Source: the human T2T-CHM13v2.0 reference genome, Homo sapiens
Reading direction: 5' to 3' (one strand)
Assembly (NCBI RefSeq): GCF_009914755.1
Contig: NC_060937.1
Length of the DNA stretch: 64,000 bases
Part shown: in pieces, positions 40,850 through 54,377 of the stretch
How positions within the stretch are numbered: position 1 is the first letter of the stretch
Layout: each line of letters opens with the position of its first letter
Made by a program: the position numbers and the translations under genes
Notes under the pieces: generated by a model
The model's input: only the letters and a program-made list of their open reading frames with translations
Database searches by the model: none
What the model was told of the DNA's origin: nothing

Positions 40850-41240
40850 TCGACTGACATCACTGCCCAGATTGTTCCTCTTTGCCTTTTCTTTGTACAT
40901 CATCCCGATGTCAAGTTGACCACAAAATCCTGCCCATGGTCTCTGACCTCTTTCCCCCAGCTCCATGAAACCAAGTCCTCTTTCACAATGACCACTGAAA
41001 CTGGTGTCTTCTTGACTCTCTCTATTGCAATCTACTCTTTTAATAGCAGAATTATCCTTCTCAAACAAAATGCAATCTATCACTTTTCCAATTAATTTTG
41101 GCTGCACCTGTTCTTCCTCTAGCTCAAAAGTAAAGTCTAGATGTATTGGCATACATTTGGAAAACGTTCAAAGTCTTTTACCCACCACCCCATTTGGACA
41201 CATCCTTGGCAATCTCTTCCATAAAACTTACACTTCAACC
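40850..41240 (+). mobile_element. L2 fragment
   Basis: ctggtgtcttcttgactctctctattgcaatctactctttaatagcagaattatcc...aaagtaaagtctaga resembles the L2 3' region. Confidence 0.55.
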
Positions 41241-41248
41241 ACATCAAA

Positions 41249-41655
41249 TGTTTTAGTCCATTTATGTTTCAATAAAGAAATACATGAGCCTGGGTAATTT
41301 ACAAAGGAAAGAGGTTTATTTGGCTCACAGTTCTGCAGGCTGTACAAGAAGCATACCAGCATCTGCCTCTGGTGAGGATCTCAGGAAACCTACAATGATG
41401 GTGGAAGGCGAAGGGAAGCTGATGTGTGCAGAGAGAATGCAAGAGAGAGGGGTGAGGTGCCAGGCTCTTTTTAACAACCATCACTTCCAAGAACTGACAT
41501 TGTGAGAATTCACTCATTAAGGCCAGGGTGGGACCAAGTCATTCATGAAGAATCCACCCTCATGACCCAAACACCTCCCACTAGGCCCCACCTCCAACAC
41601 TGGGGATCAAATTTTAGCATGAGGTTTGGAGCGGTCCAATGTGCAAACCATTGCA
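41249..41655 (-). mobile_element. MST (MSTB-like) solo LTR
   Basis: gaggtttatttggctcacagttctgcaggctgtacaagaagc...catgacccaaacacctcccactaggccccacctccaacactgggg. Confidence 0.92.
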
Positions 41656-41700
41656 CTAATCTTCTCCCCTTACCCAAATATCAAAATATGTCAAATTCAA

Positions 41701-41833
41701 GACCATGCATGGTGGCTCACACCTATAATCCCAGCACTTTGGGAGGCCAAGACAGGCAGATTGCTCAGGAGTTCAAGACTAACCTGAGCAACATGGAGAA
41801 ACCCTATCTCTGTCAAACAAACAAACAAGCAAA
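41701..41833 (+). mobile_element. Alu left monomer (FLAM-like)
   Basis: Single left arm plus (CAAA)n tail; exact 19-bp flanking duplication caaaatatgtcaaattcaa at 41682-41700 and 41834-41852. Confidence 0.9.
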
Positions 41834-42658
41834 CAAAATATGTCAAATTCAAATAAATTTCCATGTCTTTGGTCAAACTATTTCTTTTTTTAGAATGTTA
41901 AGACCCAAATTCAGAAGTCCTATCTTCTCTGAAGCTTTTACTAGCTACCTTTTGCAGGTATCTCTCATGTTTCTAAAGCATTTTATCCACACAGGCCAGA
42001 GCATTCATCACACAGTGCTGTAATCATTGCATTACAGAAGTCTTGTCATCCCATGACTGTAAGAATCTTCATAATGGTTAGCGATCTTCACAGTGTAGCA
42101 CAGAATGCACTATATTGCAGGGGCTGGATAAACACGTGGTGGTTGTCTTTTTACTAACTTTGATATATTCAATTATATATGGGCCTCATTTCTTCCAAGC
42201 AATATAACAAGTTTTATGGAACAGCCTATCAGTGCTATTTGTCTTAAACAAGCCTGAGCCATGTCATCCTAAATTTTATTAACCCCTGTGCATAATGCAG
42301 GACTTAACATTTACTAGTGGTTAAGTATCGTTTTTCCAAAAAAGGGAATGAACGAGTTTTTGTCATAATTTTCTAAATTAAAAATTATGTTTAAAAATAA
42401 CACTATAAAAAACAAATTTCTCCATTAAATATGTGCTTCTAAAACAACATTGAGAATATATTTCTACTTCCAAGAAATTGTAGGTAAATTCATGAATGTC
42501 TTTACAGGTAAATGTTAAAGCAAACAGTTACCTTTTCAATGTTTTACTTTTCTCTACCCACAGTGTAAGCTAATAAAACTTATTTCCAAGTGAATTTTTC
42601 TGAAATTTGTATGCAGAAATTGCTTCTTATTTTTTGAAACATAATCAATTATGTTAAA

Positions 42659-42886
<228 letters not shown>

Positions 42887-44607
42887 TTAGTTATCTACTG
42901 TGAAACCATAACGGTAGAAAATATTGTATGATTGTTGTATCTAAAATACATTTTTAAGTAGTACCTGGACATAAAATAGTCCTAAAGGTTAACATGTTTA
43001 TAGCCTGCAAAATAATCTGGAAAAAATTAAGGATGCAAAAATACTAAGGTTATATAATAGTTCAACTTTACTAGGAAATTTTAATTCTGGCAACAGCACA
43101 AATTGTTAATTTTGTAATCTCAATGTATATCTGGGAGTGGATGATGGATTACTGAAATATGGACTTCAGTAAATTCCATCAAATATTTATTAAAAATTAC
43201 TTGATTATAGCATCATCTGTTTATCACTTTGAAGCCTGGGTACACAGTTCCTTGTTTATATTTCATTTGAGACAATATTCCTTTAAAAATTACTTCAATT
43301 CCACTGGTCTTTACCGTAGCCCACCTACAGACATTGCAACAAAGCCAGCTTGGCAAGCAAACTCCATTAGGAAGAAAAACATTCTTCTTGACATTTATGG
43401 GTTTATTTTTTAAGGAGAAATTAGAAAAGTTTCCAAATATGTAGAAATCCATTAAAAGAAATGGAGTGCTGGTGGCAGGAGTCGCTTTTATAGTATTGCC
43501 CTGTCGTTGCTTCACTGCTCTCACCACGTAAACCTTATTTCCAATTAGACAGAGCACCACAAGAATCAGAGAACACATAAACATCCTAAACACATACTGA
43601 ATATGCCACTTCATATTTGCCACCAGCCTGTTACAATATATCTATCAACTACTCCAAGGAAGTAAGCCATGCTGCACTGCAGAGACGTCGAATAATGTCT
43701 CACTCAAACATCAAGTGCTTTAAAAACATTGCACATCCCTAATGCGGTAGATAAACATTTTATCTTTCTGCTTTTGATGGCATATAATTTTCAGCCTTTG
43801 ATCTAATATAATTTAAGGTGTGTCAAGATGGATTTTGGCAGAGCAGGCTAGTAAAAAGAAAGGTTTAGCACTTCGGTTCCTGGAGATGCACATCCCAGAC
43901 AAGGACTTTGGCAAGAGTGAGGACTGTACAGCCAGTTTGACTACAGGAAATAAAAGAGGTGCTATTTAAGGGAAAGAACTTGGGTTAGAATGGAATTGCT
44001 GCTGTAAAAGATGTTCAACTCACATTGCCATATGGGTTTTTTTGGAACCATGCCCATGTATATTAGCTATTTTCTTGGCACTGGGAACTGCATTTGGCTC
44101 TGCGACATGCTTTTGCTGCTTTGAAGTTTTCTGAAGGTAATGTCATGTGGCTACACCTTCACAGTAAAAATCATTGATGATTTTAATAATAGGATCTGGC
44201 TTAAAAATATCAAACATTTAATCTTTTATCCTAGAGTCTGCATCTATATATACAATTTAATACAGTTAAATATTGTAATTTGAGATCGATGTCTTCCACT
44301 AACTTACATGGACAGTGAGAGAAAAGACATGTCTTTTTAGTTTGGGAATTTACATAAAATAAATATAATATTTATCAAATTTCTGTAAATTTGAGAAATA
44401 TTTCCATATTATAAATTGCTTCTACACAACTATGTAAAAATAATTCTTAAGTGAATTCAGTATCATACTGCAATTGGTATTAAAGGTTTACATTCAAAGG
44501 CAATACACATTCACTCTACCTTTATTCACTTATTCATTCAAAAAAATATTACTGAGCCTATAGGCATGTACCAGTCACTTGATTTGTTTTGGGGGATTTT
44601 CTTACTT

Positions 44608-44790
44608 GTTTTGGGCCATTCTAATGAAAAAGCATAAATTGGGTGGCTGATAAACAACAGAAATTTATTGCTTACAGCTCTGGAGGCTGGGAATTCCAAG
44701 ATCAAGGTGCTGGTAGATTTGTTGTCTCTTAGCGGCCAATTTGTAAGCTCGCACAGTGGAAGGAGAGAACTCTGGTCTCTGCTGTTTAGG
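44608..44790 (-). mobile_element. MaLR LTR fragment (MST/MLT1A-like)
   Basis: aacaacagaaatttattgcttacagctctggaggctgggaattccaagatcaaggtgctgg. Confidence 0.8.
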
Positions 44791-44869
44791 CCGTAGCAAA
44801 GATTCATAATCAAATTTTAATGAAACAATTAGATCCAACTCTTCTTTGCTGGATTTTGTTAGTGCCACA

Positions 44870-45217
44870 GCTTTTGGTATGTATGGGCCGCTATAATGGA
44901 ATACCAGAGACTGGTTGGCTTATAAACAGATATACATTCAAGATTCTGGAAGTTACGAGGCCCAAGATCAAGGTGCAGGGTCACTTGGTGTCTGGAGAGG
45001 AGAGGGATCACTTCCTGGTTCATAGATGGCCTTCCTCTTGCTGGGCCTTCACATGGTGGAAGGACGCAGCAAGGGAGTGTTCTGGGGTCTCCTATATGAG
45101 GGCACTCACCTCATTCATGAGGACTCTGCCCTCATGACCTAATCATCTACCCAGGACCCCATAGGTTGAAAAACACGTATGAATGTTGGAGTGAACATGA
45201 ATATTCATTTGATGGCA
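44870..45217 (-). mobile_element. MaLR LTR (MLT1A0-like)
   Basis: ccaagatcaaggtgcag...cttcctggttcatagatggcc...cattcatgaggactctgccctcatgacctaatca. Confidence 0.8.
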
Positions 45218-45499
45218 ATACAACTTATATAGTACCAAATGTATAGAACTGTTTAAAAAATATGTGGAGGTATTAAACAGTAAAAATAAAAGGATGGATT
45301 TTGTAGAGAGATTTGGATTTACATTCTCAATCGGTATTTGGATGGTATGAAAAAGGTCATTTAAGTCCCCAGAACTTTAACACAATCACCCCTAAAATGA
45401 AGACACTTCACAACACTATTCCTTAATCTGTGCTGTTGATAACTGTGGAGATATTTGTATTTTAGTTGTTTTTAATTAAAAACTAAAATCAAACCAACC

Positions 45500-47150
45500 T
45501 TAAAAAATATATGTAATTCATGAATAATAGTACATGCGAAACAAGATTTAAAAGGTACAAGGGGTAGAAAAAGTATGAATCCCCCCAACCTTGGCTGCTT
45601 TTCTTCAGCACCTCATTTCTCTCCACAACGACAATTATTTTCTTGAGTATCTCTCCAGAGATTACCACAAAATCTATACATGTGTCGGCACATACACATA
45701 CATTTTCTGTATGCAAATGGCTATGCACTTGCAAAAATTACATCTGGAATACAACTCCACGTGGATTTTTAAGAATTGCCTTTTCCTTTCTAATGGATGC
45801 CCAACATTTCAATGAACTGCTATCTCATAATTATTATCGAAATGCCTACTTATTGACCTGGATGCTATTTCTATGCTTTTAGCAATACAAATAAGGCTGC
45901 AGTAAGTATTCTTGCTCCTATTTAATTTCTAATGTGATTGTTGGATTATTAGACAATATAATTGTGAAAGAAATTCAAGCATTAGATTCAGTTATTATGT
46001 TTCAGCTTGTGAAGTTATTTCATTCTCTTTCATCTTACGTTGCTGTTGATGAGAAATCAATTACTGATTTAAATATTTCTCCTATCATGCTAATTTCTTA
46101 TGTTCTCTTTCTTTTCAAGGTTACATTAAAAATTTTCAGTTGATTTTGGTGTTTTGCAGTTTTACAATCACCAACATTTCTTTGTATTTATACTACTGAA
46201 AAATTGTTCCAATCATTGAATCTGAGTGCAGGTGTCTTTCCTCAGCTCTGGAATATTCTCAGGCACTATTTCTTCAAACATTATTTCAACCCATCCTTTT
46301 TTCTTTTTTTTCAAGGACTCTGATTCAATATAAAGCCTAACCATTCATTCTGTCCTCCTTGTCTCTTAATTCCTCTGTTTTATTCTGTATAATTTCTTTG
46401 AGTTTCTTCTAACTCGCTCATTCTATCTTCATCTCCTTCTAATGTACTGTTAATTTCACCCATAGGCTTTATGGTTTCAGGTTTTTAGATTTTATTTATA
46501 GAAGTTTCCTTTGATCTGTTTTAAATATTTTAGATAACCTAATACATAGTCCCTTGTTTGAGTTTATATACTTACCATTTTCCCTAAAAACATAGTATTT
46601 TTGTAGACTGTGTCTACAAATTTCAATATCTGTAAACTTAATGGGTTATTTCTGTTTATTCCCATTCACAGATAAATCACTGCCTATGCTTGGTGAACCT
46701 GTAGTATATGCTGCCCATCATGTTTGAAAACTGATTTGAATAAGCTGAAGCCTATGATGAAATTGCCTTATTCCAGAGATTGATTGACTTGTCTCTGTCA
46801 CACTCAGGTTAGTGATATTACCAACCTGAGACCCTTAAGCAAAATTCATGGTTTGAGGGTAGCTGAACGTCCCAAGGCAATGTGTATCTTGTGTTGCAAA
46901 TCCCTGGTTTGCTTTTGATTCAAACATACCTGAAAGGAGATCCTGAATTTCTGCTTAATTTGGGTATAATCTTCTATTATATTCTCCAACTTTTGAGGGC
47001 TTCTAGCTTTAATTTCTATCCTCCTGATCTGACAAGTCACTCTATATAAAAATTCAATTTATTCTGAGTTGGAGACTAACCCCATGGCAAGACCAGTTTC
47101 TTTGTTCAGTTTTGGCTCAGCAATTCCTTCCTATCTTTCTACCTAAATTC
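45500..47150 (-). mobile_element. Old L1 (L1M/L1ME) fragments
   Basis: T-rich antisense L1 signatures: gttgctgttgatgagaaatca, cagctctggaatattctcag...tatttcttcaaacatt, tctgtataatttcttt. Confidence 0.6.
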
Positions 47151-48402
47151 ATCTACTCCTTCTCTGTCATAATTCAAAAAATTAAAAACATATAAATAAA
47201 TAATAACTGATTTACAAGCAATGTGTAGGGGGAAGAGGAATAGAAGTTGTCTGTATTACTAATGTCTGCACTCCAAGGAAGCCAGCTCAGAAAGCCCCGC
47301 CGTTACATATGTTAAAAACAGAAAGAGAATATAGAGCACTAAAATGGTGGATTTGATGGGGCAAGGAAAGCATACCAAATTCTATGCGAATATTTTCTTG
47401 GTCTGTGTTATAAAATTGTATAGTTTTACTGTGGACTTGGATAACTTTCTTATTTTTTATTATAATTTTCCATTTTCTGTTTGACCATTCCCATACCTCT
47501 GAACATTTACTGTAATTAGGAGAGAAAGTAAGAATATGTTTCTGTAATGAACATATTCCCTTTACCATCCCTTACATAGCTGAACCAAATAAATGCACAA
47601 GCCAAGAATGTCCTCCATTATATGATAAACACCATAGAAACGGGAGCATGTTTATTTTCTCCACTACCCTATCCTTCACGGGTGTCTGGCACCATGTAGA
47701 TAATCCCAGTAGATATTTTTTTAAGTAAACTTGAGAGAGAAAGTAGGGAATGTGGACAATTAATATCTGTTCAAGAATAGAAAATTGAATACCAGCAGCA
47801 GGATAGAAAAGTTTTGTGTTGACTTTATTTCCAGATCCTGTTACAAAATCTTGAATGCATATTTTATCTATATGTATGTTCTTAAATAGAATTCTTAGAG
47901 AATGATAGTTTTTAAAATCCCTGGCAATTTATTGGCTATAATAAAATGATGATAATCACCATGTCATTTTGGAATCTGTGTTTTTTATAAGAGGCCTTAT
48001 GCATGATACGTTATATTTTCCTATTTCTTTTTCACTTGAACATTCTGCTGTGGGATTTATCATTTCTACATCATAGATGAGGAGTCAGGAACACAGCACA
48101 TGCTCTATAGTATCCAGCTATAAGCCAGGATCTGACCTCAGGATTTGTGTCTAAATTGCAACTCAGATTCAAATGAGAGAAATAGTTAGGCATTACAATA
48201 AAAATCTTTGTTTAAGAAAATATCACACCGCCAAATATATACATTTTTTTTTTTTTTTGCTCTTTCTAGGCCTTGCTGGTATGGTTGGAGCAGACTACCA
48301 CAAGGAAAAACATGGGTGGACAGTTTGGTTTGCTCAGTAATTTATCAATCTGTTTATATGTTAAAGGTTTTTGTTATTAATTTACACATTCCTTTAGAAA
48401 TA

Positions 48403-48480
48403 AAAAAAGAAGGAAAGAAAGAAAGAAAGAGAAAGAAAGGAAGGAAGGAAGGAGGGAAGAAAGGAAAGAAAGAAAGGAAA
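48403..48480. repeat. Polypurine (GAAA/GGAA) simple repeat
   Basis: aaagaaggaaagaaagaaagaaagagaaagaaaggaaggaaggaaggaggg... Confidence 0.9.
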
Positions 48481-51192
48481 TAACTCTTCTAACCTGGGAT
48501 ATCATCAAATGTCAGTCATGAATTTGCAAGCCCCAAGTAATGCCTTAATGTAGCATCATTAACTACTTATCCTAGATTATTATGCTGAGGACATTTGCAT
48601 TTTTTTCATTTTGGAAAAAAATATTTTGAGTACGGACAGTCAAGAATTTATCTCAGATTTATGTTATTTTCCCAAAAAAGGTAATTTCCACTACGTTTCA
48701 AAATCAACTCTTAGAGCTCCTCAGTGACTGTGAAAATGGGTGTGTGTCTGTGTACTGAGTGGCACTGGCCATGTGTGCTAGTTAAGATAGCTGTCAGAAC
48801 TTTAACTCCTGGGCTGTTTTGCTTCCCTATGTTTAAATTGGCAACTTTAGTGTTGCTTTACTACACTTTTGCATCTAATTGCCTAAAATTTTATATTAAG
48901 CAAAAAGTAATTTCTTTGGAAATATATGCATTCAAAAATATAGAGAGAATGATATAATGAAGAAAGAATTTGCAAAGGGCAAAAAGCAACTTCAGCAGTT
49001 AATGTTTAGCTTTTTTGAATTTTATTTCCCACTAAAATGACTTTCCCCTTATGACTAATTATAATTCCAGTTAAAAAAATGTATTACTGAAGGGAATTTT
49101 GCATATTTTAGCCTAATCTTTTAAAATAATCTGATGACTATTCTCATTCAAAAAGTTTGAAAAAAATCTTTAAATTTAATGTAATAAAATTAGAAAGAAA
49201 TGTAGGTTTTTAGAAGAGTTTAGACTAGAATTCTCTGATGATTCATTCAAAACAATAATTCTGTTTTAATTGGTTTCTCAGAATTCCCAGTGATGTATTC
49301 GTTTCAAGGGAAGCCGCGTGAGTTCTTTTTGTTTACTAGTGTACCACTTAGTTTATTAAGAAGTTTTCAGGTGACCTAAAAGAGCTAATGCAGCTACCAA
49401 AGTGATTTCCCCAAAACTGGAGAGTAATCAAGAGAGAAGGTATATAGACCTCATTAATCAAAATGGATATGCTCTTACTTAAACATACTTAAGTCCGTAA
49501 GAAATACTGAGCCCCTCTAATACAATCAATATTATGCTAATATACTGAACATGAACTACATTGGAAAATTTACAAAGTTAAATTAGTGCCGATATCGAGA
49601 TTTTTTTCCAAATTGTTTTTTTTCTTAAGTATTTTTAAATAACATTTTTTTTTGGTTCACTTGTTTTTATTCTGTGTCTGCATAACAAAACATACAAATC
49701 ACCATGAGGAATATTCAAAATTATTTCAATTTTATATGAAATCATCAAGGCTTGACACTGCTTTTTTACAGCTGCTTAATACAGATGACAGTTCTAAAGT
49801 GTTTATTTCATAATATTTCATAATACAGGCTTGAGTTTAATTTGCTGACTGCAGTAATCAGGGTTAATAAATTAAATTTAAAGCAAAACGCTCTACTAAG
49901 ATTTCAAAACTTTGGCTGCAAGTAAAGAAAGTTAGTATCCACTGCCCTGGATCTTTTTGATAGGCAATCCAGCTGTATTTCTTTTATATGACCATAGATT
50001 TAGCAAAGACTTTGGGGGTTATTTTGTCTGCGTTCCCACTCAATATAGGAATCTTTACAATTATATCTGTGATCCATGGCCACTGGCTCATTCCTTATTT
50101 CCAGTGATGAGAAAGTTAACTTTTCTTTTTTAAACACATGGTTCATTATTAGACAGCTCTATTTTTATGATTCCTTTTTTATTATTTCACCAAAATAAAA
50201 GTCATTATCACTCTTCTAATGATATATTGTGCCTATACATTGTCAACAAGCAAACTCTAGCTCAGTTATTTCTACTGATGTGAGAGAACTTTTAAATCGC
50301 CCTTATTCAAATACATACAGAGTTAAGAAAATAGGATAAAATACATTATTCTCTATGGATACACGAAGTCAGTCTTGAGAATTTAAAATACCACATTCTC
50401 ACTTCTACCAACCTAATAAGGCACAAGTCAACAATTTTGAGGGACAGCTCATCTGTTTTGTTGCGAGGAATTTGATTATCCATGGAGTGCAGGAAACTAA
50501 CAGAAGTTGTAAGGAATCTAGACTTGATCATTGACTTTTTTTTTTTTTTTTTACTGCAATGGGAGAAAAAGCAATTTTCCCTCCCAACATGGAGACTGTG
50601 CTGGGAATATGAGCACAGAACTCTATCAAGCTCAGTTCAGTTCAGAATTTTACTTTAGCCAGCTCGCCTCCAAGAATGTGGCTGGTAAGCACCTATGGAA
50701 AAACTACAGAGACCCTCTAAAGACATGAAGGAATTGATTTCAAGGCCATCGTCCAGGACTTTTGTCAGGTAGTTTTCTCCATCTAGTTGTTTCTGGTGCA
50801 AGAGTTTTGAGTCTGAGTTCCTGGGAGACAGAATCAGGGGTCGATGGCATCTCAGCATTTGAAAGGAGCTTAACGAGGTAGAACCGGGCACCCGACACCC
50901 TCTTCTCACACCTTAAATAGAAAAGCTCCCTCTTCATATTTTTATTTATATGTTAGGCTTCCAAGCAAAAATGTGTTTCAGAAGAATGCTGCTCCATTAC
51001 ACACTTGAAACAGCTCCTGCATTTTCCTAGGAAGACTTTCTCTCTTCCAGATAGGGGAATCTTCTGCTACCACTTAAGTTCAAGGAACCCGAGTCAGAAA
51101 CTGCATATAATTTCTTTTTTTTATTGTTGGTTTAATTGTCCAAATATATTCAAAGGAACAAATGGCATGGCTCACTTTCCATTATGTATACT

Positions 51193-51536
51193 TGTATTAG
51201 GCTGTTGTTGCATTGCTACCAAGCAGTACCTAAGACTGAGTAGTTTATAAAGGAAAGAGGTTTAATTGGCTCACAGTTCTGCAGACTGTACAAGCATGGC
51301 ACCAGCATCTGCTCAGCTTCTCGGGAAGCTTCAGGGAGCTTTTGCTCATGGCAGAAGGCGAAAGGGGAGCAGGCACATCATACAGCCAGAGCAGGAGCAA
51401 GAGAGAGTGGGGAAGGACAGCACCAAGCCATGAGGGATCCATCCCAATGACCCGAACACCTCTCAGCAGACTCCACCTCCAACACTGGGGATCACATCTC
51501 AACATGAGATTTGGAGGGAACAGCCAAATCATATCA
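51193..51536 (-). mobile_element. MST (MSTA-like) solo LTR with internal deletion
   Basis: tgtattaggctg...gaggtttaattggctcacagttctgcag...ccacctccaacactggggatcaca...atatca; 5-bp TSD atact/atatt. Confidence 0.9.
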
Positions 51537-53106
51537 ATATTAATAATTAATTTTCACTTTATTACAGTTTTGATAGAATGTTATACAGAGATTTTCCTTT
51601 CATGTAAACATACTTTATAGATTCTCCTTTCCTCTTAGCAAAACTGCAAATGGTTAAGAAACCATATTTTAAAAGTAGAAAATCCAGAATCGTTTTTATA
51701 AGCAAGACACCTGGAGGCTTAGAATTTAAAATTAAGAAAATAGTAGAAGCCAACAAACAAAAAAACAAAGAGGTACCACGTACAAAAACTCCCCTATTGG
51801 AAGACCAGGACAAAGACAATAAAGATACATTTATGTTAAAATATTTGGCTTCAGATTAAATATGGAGTGAATATTCAGGGTGGTAGAAAATTCAGTTTTA
51901 TCTGAACCCATTCTTTTATCCTTAGCCATTGCTTTCTATTGTTTAAAGACGACGTTATGCAGGATAGACTGACTGGGGAGACAGAGCAGACCCGGCATGA
52001 GAATTTCTTCCATGCAAGCCTGCATTCTTGTCATGTTTCTGTGGGTGCTTTTCAGAATACAGTGGAAACAAAAACAGCAAAGTGACTCACTCCATGATAA
52101 ATGAATGTACCCAAAAACATGAACCTGTAATACCAGCCAGAATGACAGACTCAGGCTTGTCAAGAAAATCATGAAAGAAAATAGGAAAGGGTTTCTTACG
52201 ATGCCAACTTAATCAAAAGCTTCAAACATGATAATAAAAGCATTTGATGAAAAAAAAAAAGACGATAGCTGTTTTCCTGACTGGAATGAGATAAAGTTTG
52301 GAGGAAATCTGGATTCTGCAATTAAAGGGTGTAGCCATTTAGTTATGTTTGTGCAGCAAAATCAGGTCTTTTTAGTGAATTATAATGCTGGTACTTACCT
52401 CTCTGTTTACATAGCACTTGTAAAATAAATAGAATTACTATTTTTAAGAATATATCATTTGAGCTCAACTAGAATTGGCTCCGGGGAATATGCAACCATT
52501 CATCTCTAAAGTTGCTTAGTTGCATGCACTCCTGGATTTAAAGGAACTATTCCTCTGTACATTGATCTCCTGTTGGGAGAGGAGAGAATCAGTTGAAGAC
52601 AAAGGAATTTAGTGCACCTCGAGAGATACGACTGTAATGAAGGTAACTGATGGAGCATTTCTCGTCCTTGCTTCTCAATTTGAGGAATTGGTTTGAGCAT
52701 GAATTGGGAGAAAAGCTAAATTAGAAGTTGAAGTCACTGTTTTCATGGTAGATTTTTGCAAGTCTGTTAAATAAACAGTGCTACCTTAAGGCACAGGTGT
52801 GGGAGAGAAGGGTTTTCCCTCTTCTGTATGGGATCAGGTATTGCTTGCCATTATCTACTCATTGGCTTTGGGACCCTGGGAGCCAGCGGCACTTTTAACT
52901 AAAACAGGACTGTTCCTATGAAACCTCAAAGAAACAATGGAAAGACAGAAAGTAAGAGCAGCCAATAGGAGACGCTATCCAAGAAACTGCCAGCACAAAT
53001 AGAAAATCTGCAGGGGCACTGGAGCCCTCTAGACACATTCTGGTTGGTCATGTAAATAGAATTCTATGGTTTTAACAAATGTCAGTACCTTTCTGTGTAG
53101 ACGTTC

Positions 53107-53453
53107 TGTGATAGCTAATTTTATCTGTAGCACCCAGAAATGTGGTTAAACCTCAGACTAAGTGTTTCTGCGAAGGTATTTTTCAGATGAGATCCACATC
53201 GAAATCAGTAGACTCATTAAAGCAGGTTGTCCTTTATAATGTGCGTGACTTATCTAATCAGTTGAAAGCCTTAAGAGAAAAAGACTGAGGTTCCCTGAGG
53301 AAGAAGGAATTCTGCCTCCAGACTGCCTTTGGACTGGAAGCGCAGTGTTAAAACCTCCCTTGTCTTCAGACCTGCCTGCCTGTCCTGAATATTTCAGATT
53401 TGCCAGCCCCATGATCACATGACCCAGTTCCTTAAATTAAATGTCTCTCATTC

Positions 53454-53487
<34 letters not shown>

Positions 53488-53546
53488 ATATGTATACATA
53501 CACATCCTATTGGTTCTTTTTCCTCTGAAAAACCTTGCCTAATAGA
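53107..53546 (+). mobile_element. MLT2 (D/C-like, ERVL) solo LTR containing a (TG)n tract at 53456-53485
   Basis: tgtgatagctaattttat...aatcagttgaaagccttaag...gaaggaattctgcctccagactgcc...catcctattggttct. Confidence 0.88.
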
Positions 53547-53599
53547 AGTACTATGCATCAGACTCCCGACACGCTTCATCTCTAGCTTTTAACAGCCTG

Positions 53600-53760
53600 T
53601 CAAAATATCTATTATGTACCACCACTCTCTCTTTATGGACAAGTAAATTGATGTTCAGAGAAACTAAGCAACTTGACCAAGTCACTGGTCTAATAAATGC
53701 TGGAGTGGAATTCAAGCTGTAGGTTTTTCACTCCAGGATCTGTGCTTTCCCTATGTGCTA
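53600..53760 (-). mobile_element. MIR
   Basis: ttcagagaaactaagcaacttgaccaagtcac...ggaattcaagctgtagg. Confidence 0.6.
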
Positions 53761-54377
53761 CGTTTAACAAATATTTTACAGAACAAGTGTTTGTATCTCT
53801 GCAAAAGTCCCTAAAATGCGTATCTTTATTTTCACATAGGCTATAAATATCCTTTATTAGATTATTCTGCGTAAATTATTGTTATTCATTCCAGAAATTT
53901 ACCAAAAGATGCCAAAATATTAAGCAAAAGCAAGTTAACAATATAATCCAATAAGGAGATGATATTTTTCTTCTATATTAGCAACTGTATATGGGAAAAT
54001 TCTGCTATGAGAATCTAATCAAAAGCTGCTAACAGACTGCAGAATGGGTACAATTACCTTCATAGTTTGTTAGTTAAAATTATATTTTGAACCTTTGTAG
54101 AATGAAACGTCTATGGAAACAAGCAATATTCACAGAAAAAAATTAGCTTTTTAAACATATTATGTACTATCTCAAGTTATCTGAATCTCTGTGAAAGTCT
54201 CTGATGTTAAAACTTTATTTAAATTCCATGAATTAAAATATATTATAATCAATGCAAGTGACATGGTCACCTGCAGCCAGGAGAAATCTATGTATATTGG
54301 CCTGCAGCCCATATTAGAAAATTGTATATTATATAAATATATATAATTTTATTTACATAATATATATTATATGCACA

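Noticed and set aside
41502-42023. 173-aa ORF
   Set aside because: Chance read-through of MST LTR, Alu monomer and L2 sequence with a non-ATG start.
43213-43623. 136-aa minus-strand ORF with a hydrophobic N-terminus
   Set aside because: Non-ATG start, no splice or promoter context and no recognisable family; hydrophobicity is expected from T-rich sequence.
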